Positions 9,262 through 17,100 of a DNA stretch of 59,842 nucleotides are shown here, in pieces. This DNA is from a virus. Its lineage: Duplodnaviria; Caudoviricetes. A program made the translations under genes and the position numbers. The DNA is taken from IMG/VR virus record IMGVR_UViG_3300030109_000604, positions 1 to 59,842 of that record; one strand, given 5' to 3'. The notes beneath the pieces were generated by a model. That model searched no databases and was not told the origin of the DNA. It was given only the letters and a program-made list of their open reading frames with translations. Position 1 is the first letter of the stretch. Every line of letters starts with the position of its first letter.

Positions 9262-9721
9262 GTCGGTAGCGCATGGGGAGTTTGTTGTAGAGGACGCCTC
9301 CACAGCAGCGGGGGATATAAGGTTCCGCCGAGTGGACGTGACCCAGCTTGATCGGTTGCTGATGATGAAGCGGATCACGCCACACCACCACCAAGTGGGA
9401 GAGGAACTCCTGGGGATTCTCCATCGCGCAAAGATGATCGGGGTGGCGGGGTCCAACTGGAACGGGAACCTATCTGGTGGGGAGCGCAGCATATCAGAGC
9501 GGCAAGCCGCAGCATACGCAGAGGCGGTGAAAGTTATTAGGCATCTTAAAGATAAGGGGGGGGATAGGATCAAGGACTTGATCCTTGGGGTCCTGCTAGA
9601 GGACAGGCCAGTGGCCGACATGCTTGCGATCAGGAGGATCACAAGGGGATTAGAAATCGTGGGGGATTTCTTTGCGGAGCGGTATGGCTGGAACCCGCTT
9701 CCGAATCTTCTCGCGGAATGA
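9212..9721 (+). CDS. hypothetical protein
   Basis: 169-aa ORF overlapping the helicase end and ending before a hairpin. Confidence 0.6.
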   Translation: MKSKRKSKQSSIGPTPESVAHGEFVVEDASTAAGDIRFRRVDVTQLDRLLMMKRITPHHHQVGEELLGILHRAKMIGVAGSNWNGNLSGGERSISERQAAAYAEAVKVIRHLKDKGGDRIKDLILGVLLEDRPVADMLAIRRITRGLEIVGDFFAERYGWNPLPNLLAE

Positions 9722-9736
9722 GCCGTGAGAAGTGGG

Positions 9737-9779
9737 GCAGGGGGGGTTTAATCTGATTGGTCTTGGGTTCCCCCCCTGC
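9737..9779. terminator. hairpin between convergent operons
   Basis: GCAGGGGGGG...CCCCCCCTGC 10-bp inverted repeat; long loop and no U-tract, so atypical. Confidence 0.45.
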
Positions 9780-9785
9780 ACTCCG

Positions 9786-9995
9786 TCACTTCAAATAGCC
9801 GGGCTTATCCACCTCAGCCATCTTCATGCTATCCCACACCTTGCGGGATAGTTTCTTGCAGTTGGTCGGCCAACGCACGGCTTCCCGTGCCCTCACCCAT
9901 TTGTACCCAACGCTGGCCTCGACGGTGCGCTTGCCGCAGCCGCAGCTAGGCCATAGCTCGTCACCGACGTGACCGGTGTAGTATTTAGGCTTCAT
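9786..9995 (-). CDS. hypothetical protein
   Basis: Strong SD AGGAGG before ATG; 69 aa. Confidence 0.65.
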   Translation of the reverse strand: MKPKYYTGHVGDELWPSCGCGKRTVEASVGYKWVRAREAVRWPTNCKKLSRKVWDSMKMAEVDKPGYLK

Positions 9996-10026
9996 TGCAC
10001 CTCCTCTTCTCCTTCATGTTTACAGG

Positions 10027-10449
10027 TCATTTCGACCCCCAATCTTCTAAACCGTCGCCATAGCCGTCTGGACCGTACTCGCCTAAGTCGCGATCATCAC
10101 GCTGTTGCTCATACTCTTCTTGATATTCGTCCCAATTTCTAGCCAACTGAAACTCAAAACCCGTTCGGCTTTCGAGCCTGTCAATCTCTGCACGCGCCTC
10201 ATCCTCAGTCGGTGCATGGACCTCAACAAATCTTGCCAAATCGTATACCCATAGCGTGTCGGGTAGCGTTTCGGGTAGCGTTTCGGGTAGCGTTTCGGGT
10301 TCCTCATCCAGAGAATTTTCTTCCACAGAAATTATCTCGTATTCCCTGAACATCTCGCGGATTTGTTCTTCGCTATAGGCGTGGATGTAAAGATGCTTCT
10401 TTGCTCCATGGAAAGATTCGTCTTGCGTCCTAACGTAATACCTTTTCAT
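10027..10449 (-). CDS. acidic hypothetical protein with (E/D)TLP repeats
   Basis: ATG 10449 overlaps the upstream stop; contains a 12-bp tandem repeat. Confidence 0.6.
   Translation of the reverse strand: MKRYYVRTQDESFHGAKKHLYIHAYSEEQIREMFREYEIISVEENSLDEEPETLPETLPETLPDTLWVYDLARFVEVHAPTEDEARAEIDRLESRTGFEFQLARNWDEYQEEYEQQRDDRDLGEYGPDGYGDGLEDWGSK
10249..10300. repeat. 12-bp tandem repeat (GGGTAGCGTTTC x3 plus a degenerate copy)
   Basis: Direct reading; encodes PETL repeats. Confidence 0.9.
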
Positions 10450-10631
10450 TGGCGTTGTTCCTTGTTCTGGACTGCTCCGTAACAATCGGGCAGTTGGGTT
10501 TGACGAACCGGGTGACCGGTCTTGGATTCATAGAGGTAACACCACGCCAAATACCTCTGGCCCTTGGTGTACAGGTGGGGGTTAGCGGCTACGTGAATAG
10601 CCGCCTCCCGCCAGTTGCTTTCCACGCTCAT
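10446..10631 (-). CDS. hypothetical protein
   Basis: ATGA overlaps at both ends. Confidence 0.6.
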   Translation of the reverse strand: MSVESNWREAAIHVAANPHLYTKGQRYLAWCYLYESKTGHPVRQTQLPDCYGAVQNKEQRQ

Positions 10632-11632
10632 AACTGTTTCATCATGTTGCGGGCGATGCGGTTTCTCAGTAGGGAGTAGGCACGCTTTGCGCTGGTGCCT
10701 GTACCGTGCATCTTATTGGGGTTCACGTAGTCACCCGTGAAAGCGAGGTATCGTTTCACAGGCTCGAACGAACGGTTGTCATACGAGGTCGTACCGTCAC
10801 GGCCATACGTCTCAAGCGCATGAAAGCACACGATCTTGATCCCGTGATCAGTCGGTTCCCCGTCGATCTCAGTCATCACGTCCTCTGCTGCGAGGACAAG
10901 GTACTGATAGGTTGATCCACCGGTTGCCTTTTCTGAAACCTTTTCGAGAAACGGTGGCCTCAAACCGTGGCCCTCATTAAACGTATCACCTTTCTGAGCC
11001 GATAAATCTTTCCAATTTATCAGCCGATTGCCAAACAGGGGCATAACGTGGGTGAAGAAATTAGAAGTGACTTGGACTTGAACTCTAGATTCGGAGCCGT
11101 ACTTTTCGTGGTCAAAAGCAAACGCCGGGCGGTCCCCCATGGGGAAGCCTGTTTTTGAAAGGCCAGACGAGTCCTCTGAGGTCGGGAAGTCTATTGCTGA
11201 ATCCGAACCGATGCCAGCCATCGTGAAGCTATTAAACTTCACTCGGTCCCGCCACTTGCCCAACGTACAGTTGCGGATCATACGCATGCGCTTTTCCCAG
11301 CGTCCAAGAAACGTGCGGAACACTGGCTCAAGATGCACACCCCGGCGTGTCTGATTGATGGTGGTGTGGAAACGAGATTGGCGGCGATAATGCCTGATCA
11401 TCTGGTGATAACCGGACAAGGCCTTGTCGAATTCCTGCAACTCGAAATCGCCGCTGATCTTTTCGAGGTAGCTGCGTGCGGTGTACGTTCTCAGGTCATC
11501 GTCAGAGTCGAGGATGGAGTCGCCATCTGGCATTGGCGCAAACGGACTTACCTTTCTGGTGGAGTGCTCCTGAATAAACAGGCACAAGGCATCCAGACCA
11601 GCCTTGTTCTTTTGATATTCATTGTAATCCAT
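10628..11632 (-). CDS. hypothetical early protein
   Basis: Long ORF; start reassigned to ATG 11632, downstream of the VWA stop and a GCAA-loop hairpin. Confidence 0.65.
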   Translation of the reverse strand: MDYNEYQKNKAGLDALCLFIQEHSTRKVSPFAPMPDGDSILDSDDDLRTYTARSYLEKISGDFELQEFDKALSGYHQMIRHYRRQSRFHTTINQTRRGVHLEPVFRTFLGRWEKRMRMIRNCTLGKWRDRVKFNSFTMAGIGSDSAIDFPTSEDSSGLSKTGFPMGDRPAFAFDHEKYGSESRVQVQVTSNFFTHVMPLFGNRLINWKDLSAQKGDTFNEGHGLRPPFLEKVSEKATGGSTYQYLVLAAEDVMTEIDGEPTDHGIKIVCFHALETYGRDGTTSYDNRSFEPVKRYLAFTGDYVNPNKMHGTGTSAKRAYSLLRNRIARNMMKQL

Positions 11633-11672
11633 GGTGATAATACGGGGAGCCTTGCGGCCCCCCGCTCCCTGT

Positions 11673-12965
11673 TTAGTTGAGGTGAATGGTCTTGCCGAAA
11701 TCGGCGGTGCGAGAGGTGGTCGATACCCAAAGCACCGGATAGTCTGGCTCATCAGGCATCGAACATTCGAGGTCGGTCAGATAGATAAACGAGTCGACCT
11801 CGATTTCGTTCTCATAAACGTAATCGAATGGCGGTCGGAAGTCGGTACCGCCGCCGCCGTACCGGCCAAGGTCTTGCTGATCAATCGAGGCCGGGTCATC
11901 GTACTCGTCAACGTGGGCGATGCGCGTGTCGCAATAGATCACGGTGACCTGTTCGGCGTCCACGTCCTGGCATACTGACTTGGCCTCCGACATCAATGCA
12001 GCATACTCATCTTGAGATACGCTGGCGCTGGTATCGACGGCGATCACGATATGACCGACGCCCTCACGTATGCGGCGCGGCGCAAAGATACCGCGCTGTA
12101 CCCATTTCTTGTCGGCACGCCGCCAATCGTAGCGGTGGTCGGAACCCTTACCCAGAAAACGGGCAAGCTCGTGACGCCAATCAACCTTGGCGTCACGCAG
12201 ATCGTCAACGTATGCGGCAAGGGAACCGGGCAATTTGCCTTGTGCCTTGGCGATCTGCGCAGCGTTTTGAACGTCAGCCATAAGCTCCCGCTCCATCGCC
12301 GCAATCTCTTGGGCATCAAGGGGTTCGCCATCGTCACCTTCAGCGTCGATCACAACGCCGGTTCCGGTATCGTCGGCGAAAGGATCACCGCCGCCACCTT
12401 GCGGGGCATCGTCATCATCACCGCCGCCCGTGTCGCTATCATCACCGCCACCTTGCGGGGTATCATCGTCACCGCCGCCCGGCTGGGGTGATGTGGGTTG
12501 CTCCTGAGCAAGCTCGTCGGCCAGAATCTCAGTTGAATATTCAGACCGGTCACGCTTCAGATCACCGACGGCGCTCCAATCAAGGGCACTGGCGGGTAAC
12601 GACTTGCTATCCTTGCGCAGCAAGTCGTTGATGATCACGTCACCGCAGATATTCCATAACTTGGGGTCACGAGAACCGCGCCGCAGGTGGTGGAAAAATA
12701 TCTTGTGATAAACCTCGTGAGCAAGAACGGCTTGCACCTCGTGATCCGATAGGGTCAGCGCAAAGTCGGGATTGATATAAAGACTCTTGCCGTCGGTTGC
12801 CATGGTCGGCAACGTGTCCGTCCAAACGGTCGGCATTTGGATCAACATTGCAGCCGTGAACGGGTCCGACATTTGCAGTTTGATCTTGGCACGGGTGACG
12901 TGCCGCACCGCCTCAGCAGACGGATCGACAACCCCATCATTTAATTGTGATACAAGTGAACTCAT
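11673..12965 (-). CDS. DUF2201-type metallopeptidase plus VWA domain protein
   Basis: TMATDG, HEVYH (HExxH), acidic Gly linker, MIDAS DTSAS, GGGTDF.P.F, YLTD. Confidence 0.9.
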   Translation of the reverse strand: MSSLVSQLNDGVVDPSAEAVRHVTRAKIKLQMSDPFTAAMLIQMPTVWTDTLPTMATDGKSLYINPDFALTLSDHEVQAVLAHEVYHKIFFHHLRRGSRDPKLWNICGDVIINDLLRKDSKSLPASALDWSAVGDLKRDRSEYSTEILADELAQEQPTSPQPGGGDDDTPQGGGDDSDTGGGDDDDAPQGGGGDPFADDTGTGVVIDAEGDDGEPLDAQEIAAMERELMADVQNAAQIAKAQGKLPGSLAAYVDDLRDAKVDWRHELARFLGKGSDHRYDWRRADKKWVQRGIFAPRRIREGVGHIVIAVDTSASVSQDEYAALMSEAKSVCQDVDAEQVTVIYCDTRIAHVDEYDDPASIDQQDLGRYGGGGTDFRPPFDYVYENEIEVDSFIYLTDLECSMPDEPDYPVLWVSTTSRTADFGKTIHLN

Positions 12966-12967
12966 TT

Positions 12968-13876
12968 TCAACCTCCAAAAAAACCAGCAAGGCGGTCGGT
13001 GATTTCCGACGCCTCAGATTGCACAATCTTGACCACCTCAGCATTTGAGGGGTTTTTGAACTCCGCAACATCGTGACGGAGCAATTCGCTGCCCTTGATA
13101 TCATCGACAAGGGCCGCAAGGTCAGGGTCACCGGCAACATTCAGCGCCGGTAAGATGTTCACGAGGTCACCAAGATTGGTGATCATCGTGTCGTAAAGGC
13201 GGCGGTTCGCCTCCGTCTTTTTCTTGCCGCCAGCCTTGCGAACTTCCACAGACTCGTATCCGTCCAAGCATGTGGCGATATGCGAGACCGCCTTGTGCAA
13301 CCGCTCGAACGTGTGACGGGTAGCACTTCGCAACAAGTCGGCGTTGTCGTCGTCGATTTCCGCCCGTATCTGCGCGGCCTTGTCGTCGACAATCTTGGCA
13401 TAGAAGTTAGCGCCGGTCGGCACGTCCCGCGCCCGCCATTTGAATTCATACATGGATTCAAGATCGGCGTAGCGTAGGTAGTCATCCTCCCGAAACATGC
13501 CGTTGAGTTGCTTGCGGCGCTGTTCGATTAGCTGGGGAAGTTTCCCGGCCAAGTCGGAGACGGCGGTATTAAACCGCCGCTTGTGATCATCCATGGTGGT
13601 CATGTACTTATCGAAAAGCTCAACGGGTAACAGGCGATAGGTGCCATCCCATGGGAGGGTCAACCGCTCGTGGTCACCGCGTGCCGCACGTGCCGCACGC
13701 TGCGGCCCATCCACCATGCGCGGATCAAGTAGGTGCTTGTCATACTTGCCAGCGTTGTGCGAAGCGGCATGCTCCGCGTTGATCTTGTCGGTCACGTCCC
13801 GATCCTTGCGCGTGAACCCGGCGCAATTGATCTGCAATGTGATAAGCATCGCGTTTTCTTGAAGAATATTTTCCAT
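12968..13876 (-). CDS. DUF3150-like helical protein
   Basis: K.LL...TLPW...RLLP...F...Y...LN...DP.L pattern; sits between the AAA and VWA genes. Confidence 0.7.
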   Translation of the reverse strand: MENILQENAMLITLQINCAGFTRKDRDVTDKINAEHAASHNAGKYDKHLLDPRMVDGPQRAARAARGDHERLTLPWDGTYRLLPVELFDKYMTTMDDHKRRFNTAVSDLAGKLPQLIEQRRKQLNGMFREDDYLRYADLESMYEFKWRARDVPTGANFYAKIVDDKAAQIRAEIDDDNADLLRSATRHTFERLHKAVSHIATCLDGYESVEVRKAGGKKKTEANRRLYDTMITNLGDLVNILPALNVAGDPDLAALVDDIKGSELLRHDVAEFKNPSNAEVVKIVQSEASEITDRLAGFFGG

Positions 13877-13880
13877 GTTC

Positions 13881-14930
13881 TCAGCCCTCCCCGATGAGGT
13901 TAGATGTTTCGATCAGGATGTCGGTAAATCCTGTCGTTGATACTTTCTTGCCCGGATCACCAGCGGCCTCGTTCCGACGTAACAGCGCGGAAACAGCAAC
14001 CGAATGATACTCAGGCGGCAAGCGCTTGATATAGGCGGCGCATGCCTTGGCGGTTTTGTTGGTGACGGAGGCAATCAAGCTCCCGATCATGGCGTACCGC
14101 ACGTCGGCTTTCTCAGGTACCGGTGCCGCATCAGGGTTAGCGAACACCTCAGATGGTGCCACAAGGTCACGCCAAATGCGCAGGAACCCGGTGAACTTCG
14201 CTTGCTCACCAACACCGATTGCACCGGCAATCATTGGCATTTCGATTGCCTTAGGCACCTCAGCCTTGATCACGTCGGACACTGCGACCCATGTACGAGG
14301 GCAGGGGAACGGCGTGCCGTCGGCAGCATGGCGGTGTAGCGCATCAGGAAACTGGCTCAGGTACGTGGTGACCTCAGGTGCTACGTCGATCTTGGCAAAG
14401 TGTGCCAGCGTCGGATCAAGCTCCGCCTCAACGGTCACAATGTTGAACCGGGAAACCAAATGCTCAGGTATCGACTTAACCGCCGCCTTGTCCGACTTGC
14501 GGTTGCCGTTGGCAATGATCAGGCAATCCTCAGGGAGACGGTGACCAGCTACACGCCGATCCCATATGACCTGAGCGCTAGCCTTTTGAACGTCGATATC
14601 ACACTGGGGGAATTCCTCAAATATGATCAGCGACTTGGAACCGGCCTTGGCGGCGTCGATCACGTTGCGGCCCCAAACGGGTAGCAATTGATCCATGGCG
14701 TCACCGACTTGGGTGACCCAGCCAGTGACCTCAGCCGGTTGATAGTTTGAAAGGTTGACCACCTCGACATGCCAGCCCTCATCACGGGCGACTTGAACCG
14801 GCGCTTGCGACTTGCCGACGCCAACGGGACCCAAGATCAGGAGCGGGAAACCGTCAACGCGCTCAGACTGAATCGCCATAGCGGCGCGAATGTAGGCGGG
14901 TACGTTTGCAATACTGATAATGTTTTCCAT
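13881..14930 (-). CDS. MoxR-like AAA+ ATPase
   Basis: Walker A GPVGVGKS, Walker B IIFEEF, ANGNR, LVSRF, PCPRTW; start at ATG 14930 after SD GAGGA. Confidence 0.9.
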   Translation of the reverse strand: MENIISIANVPAYIRAAMAIQSERVDGFPLLILGPVGVGKSQAPVQVARDEGWHVEVVNLSNYQPAEVTGWVTQVGDAMDQLLPVWGRNVIDAAKAGSKSLIIFEEFPQCDIDVQKASAQVIWDRRVAGHRLPEDCLIIANGNRKSDKAAVKSIPEHLVSRFNIVTVEAELDPTLAHFAKIDVAPEVTTYLSQFPDALHRHAADGTPFPCPRTWVAVSDVIKAEVPKAIEMPMIAGAIGVGEQAKFTGFLRIWRDLVAPSEVFANPDAAPVPEKADVRYAMIGSLIASVTNKTAKACAAYIKRLPPEYHSVAVSALLRRNEAAGDPGKKVSTTGFTDILIETSNLIGEG

Positions 14931-14942
14931 GATATCCTCATA

Positions 14943-14997
14943 AGCGTTTCGGCGGTGCTGCCGCCTCATCAGTGCCCTAGCAACAAGGGCAGACACT
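14943..14997 (-). ncRNA. type III hammerhead ribozyme
   Basis: Minus strand: AGUGUC^UGCCCU(UGUUGCU)AGGGCA CUGAUGA GGCGG(CAGCA)CCGCC GAAACGCU; full core, three stems, GUC cleavage triplet. Confidence 0.92.
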
Positions 14998-15000
14998 ACT

Positions 15001-15200
15001 TGTTCAAACGGGGCCGGTTATTCTTTCCCACCGTAAGGGCTACTTTGTGCAGGCTACCGGGGCTTTAGGCTTGGGCGTTATTCGCCTCATCGTTACCGGA
15101 TCAAAGCCATCGTTCACAAAGCATCGCTAGGCTTGCTAGGCCTGAGTTTCACGGTTAGCTGGAACCTCCTGATCAAAATTTGCGACCTCGTTGCCGCAGG
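15001..15200 (-). ncRNA. candidate structured leader/ncRNA
   Basis: Nested helices ACCGUGA/UUACGGU, UGCUUUGUG/CACAAAGUA, GGCUUUG/UAAAGCC, GGCG/CGCC and 5' hairpin UGCGGC/GUCGCA; no convincing ORF. Confidence 0.55.
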
Positions 15201-15201
15201 C

Positions 15202-15232
15202 ATCTTATGGCAGATTGTAATCTTCTTTGCAA
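15202..15232 (-). promoter_or_regulatory. putative promoter of the leader/AAA operon with an operator-like palindrome
   Basis: TTGCAA followed by CATAAG at 17 bp or TAAGAT at 19 bp; AGATT-AC-AATCT inverted repeat in the spacer. Confidence 0.45.
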
Positions 15233-15461
15233 CCCCTTTATTCAGGAATGTTCCATATTATTTGGGGTCACTATTCCCAGCCTTCTAGCCGGTCACTTGA
15301 TAGGTGACGTATGGCAGCGGGAAACCTTACAGCATGATCTATTCTGCTGAGTCTTTATATATAGGGTCCACACAAGGGGTATCTGAGGGGTCCGGTACAG
15401 CCTAGCCTAGCCGTTAACATGCTCTAAGAAGAATGTCCTTGACATTGGAAAAGTGTAACAA

Positions 15462-15523
15462 GATCAAGCACTTAGGTACCCACAAAAGAAGTGTGGTCTT
15501 ATTTAGCCTGTAAGTCATTGATA
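15462..15523. promoter_or_regulatory. two inverted IHF-consensus sites
   Basis: gATCAAGCACTTA (15462-15474, 1 mismatch) and TATCAATGACTTA on minus (15511-15523, perfect WATCAANNNNTTR). Confidence 0.55.
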
Positions 15524-15645
15524 TTAAAGGCGGAATCCTGATAGGCCCAAGTCGGAGGCCTCTGGTGGGGTAGGTGCTGAGAACCTCTAATCATGCTCTA
15601 TGGGGCTTAAAATGGACGACAGAGCGTCAAGCACAAAAGCGCCAT

Positions 15646-15672
15646 TGTGGATAACTTTCTGTGGATAACTTT
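15646..15672. promoter_or_regulatory. tandem perfect DnaA boxes
   Basis: TGTGGATAACTTT twice (15646, 15660); TGTGGATAA is the reverse complement of TTATCCACA. Confidence 0.65.
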
Positions 15673-15797
15673 TGGAGGCCAGAATATTGAAGGGGACCGC
15701 TCCGCAGCATATGGTTCGCCGGTTTAGCGAAAACCCTTTTCGCCATTTGGCGCTCCATGCTATAGGGGAGCGGTACACAATAGAGGGGTGTAAGGGT

Positions 15798-16322
15798 ATG
15801 ACTGAAAAGAAGCCGTATCTCACGTTAGTGGACGGGTCACTGGTACAGCAACGCAACGTGAAGCTAACCGCCAAGCAAGCTGGGTTTATCAGGTCTGTTA
15901 TGGGAACCGACGACAACGGGAAACCGAACACGCTATCGCAAGCGTACCGGGACAACTATGATTGTTCCAACATGACGGATAAGACTGTTCACGAGAAAGC
16001 CAGCAAGCTAGCTGCGCAGGACAAGATAGCGGCAAGGCTTAGGGCCTTAGAGCAGCAAAAGGATGACACTGCGCTGCGCTCCGCGCACTCGCGCCTGGAA
16101 TTCATTCTTGAGCGCCTTGAGATAGAAGCGCTAGGCCAAGGGGACGACAGTAACAGCGCCAGCCGGGTCCGTGCCTTGGAGCTACTTGGCAAACTGGCGC
16201 ACGGCGGCGGTTCTCTGTTTCAGGAGCGCATTGCAACTGAGGATACGCGGGACAGCGGCGCGATACGTGAGGAACTCGAACAGCGCTTGTCCCGCCTACT
16301 GGCAGGGAACAGCGCAGAATAA
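15798..16322 (+). CDS. terS: terminase small subunit
   Basis: KLTAKQAGF...SQAYRDNY...ASKL...KIAARL...SRVRALELLGK; start ATG 15798. Confidence 0.8.
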   Translation: MTEKKPYLTLVDGSLVQQRNVKLTAKQAGFIRSVMGTDDNGKPNTLSQAYRDNYDCSNMTDKTVHEKASKLAAQDKIAARLRALEQQKDDTALRSAHSRLEFILERLEIEALGQGDDSNSASRVRALELLGKLAHGGGSLFQERIATEDTRDSGAIREELEQRLSRLLAGNSAE

Positions 16323-16620
16323 GCCCCCACCCCTCCCCTTGTGCCGTACCGCTCCCCACCTACCCGGCACTATCAGCCTGCGTTGCGGAGTGCATGGCGC
16401 GACCGACCGACCTGAGCGGCCCGGCGCTACCCGTGACCTGCCCGGGCCCGGGCCCCGGACCCTTGATCGGGACCGCTCCCGGCTAGGGGTACCCACCCCC
16501 GGCCCCCCCTGGACCGAGCAAGCTACCCCACCACCACCACAGGCTAATCCCCACGAACAATTACCCTCCTTTGATACTTCTTAGGGACCCCTCCCTTTGT
16601 TCTTCTTCAGGACTCCTTTA
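16323..16620. other. C-rich, GC-rich non-coding region after terS (candidate packaging site)
   Basis: Many C4-C6 runs, CCCGGGCCCGGG and GGGTACCC palindromes; overlapping ORFs are low-complexity. Confidence 0.4.
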
Positions 16621-16624
16621 AGAG

Positions 16625-16653
16625 TTGACCCCCTACCCCCTTTTTTGTACAAT
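16625..16653 (+). promoter_or_regulatory. sigma70-type promoter
   Basis: TTGACC-N17-TACAAT, followed by SD GGAGG and ATG 16672. Confidence 0.75.
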
Positions 16654-16671
16654 GGTTCCATGGAGGTTGAT

Positions 16672-17100
16672 ATGAACAGAATGATTTTTCTAGTACCGGT
16701 ACTACTCTCTACGTTAGTACCTACTATTGTATTATCTAAAGAATGTACCCGTACTAACTCTAGTACAGATACTAAATTAGAACTTGTACCTAAGTTAGTA
16801 CCTATGGTACCTAAGGTACCTAGCAGGCCGCTGGAGAAGAAAGAACTGATTAAAGGTAAGCGGTATCTTTCTTTAAACTGCGATGTGCCTAAAGACATCC
16901 GTGATCAAATTCGGAATAGGTATAAGATGACCCCTGTGTGGTGGGGTCTAAATGATCACGACAATACCTATCTCGTTCATCGTAATCCGAAGACAAACAA
17001 CTGGGTGATGTTCGCTGCGTTTAAGAGTGGCGCTATTTGTGTTGTTGGCACGGGGCCTACAGGTGCCCTTGTTGATGTGAAGAGCGGCGAGATCCATTGA
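16672..17100 (+). CDS. hypothetical protein with signal peptide
   Basis: MNRMIFLVPVLLSTLVPTIVLS hydrophobic N-terminus; C-terminal NPKTNNW...C.VGTG pattern. Confidence 0.65.
   Translation: MNRMIFLVPVLLSTLVPTIVLSKECTRTNSSTDTKLELVPKLVPMVPKVPSRPLEKKELIKGKRYLSLNCDVPKDIRDQIRNRYKMTPVWWGLNDHDNTYLVHRNPKTNNWVMFAAFKSGAICVVGTGPTGALVDVKSGEIH
16693..16822. repeat. GTAC / GTACCTA short-repeat array
   Basis: 10 GTAC in 127 bp; GTACCTA at 16717, 16786, 16798, 16807, 16816. Confidence 0.85.

Noticed and set aside
14931-14996. Track start (GTG 14996) extending the AAA ATPase by 22 aa
   Set aside because: No SD, and it overlaps the hammerhead cleavage site; ATG 14930 has an SD.
15056-15100. Second ribozyme (CGAUGA-GGCG/CGCC hammerhead-like, or CCGGU...AAGCCCCGG twister-like)
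   Set aside because: Lacks the CUGA and GAAA core; loop length and flanks do not fit the twister consensus.
15114-15203. Leader peptide (29 aa from ATG, or 12 aa from GTG after AGGAGG)
   Set aside because: Long SD spacing and no informative composition; cannot be supported, though not excluded.
15410-15430. CtrA box
   Set aside because: TTAA-N7-TAAG does not match TTAA-N7-TTAA.
16171-16584. Pro/Arg/Gly-rich ORFs on both strands after terS
   Set aside because: By-product of the GC-rich low-complexity tract.
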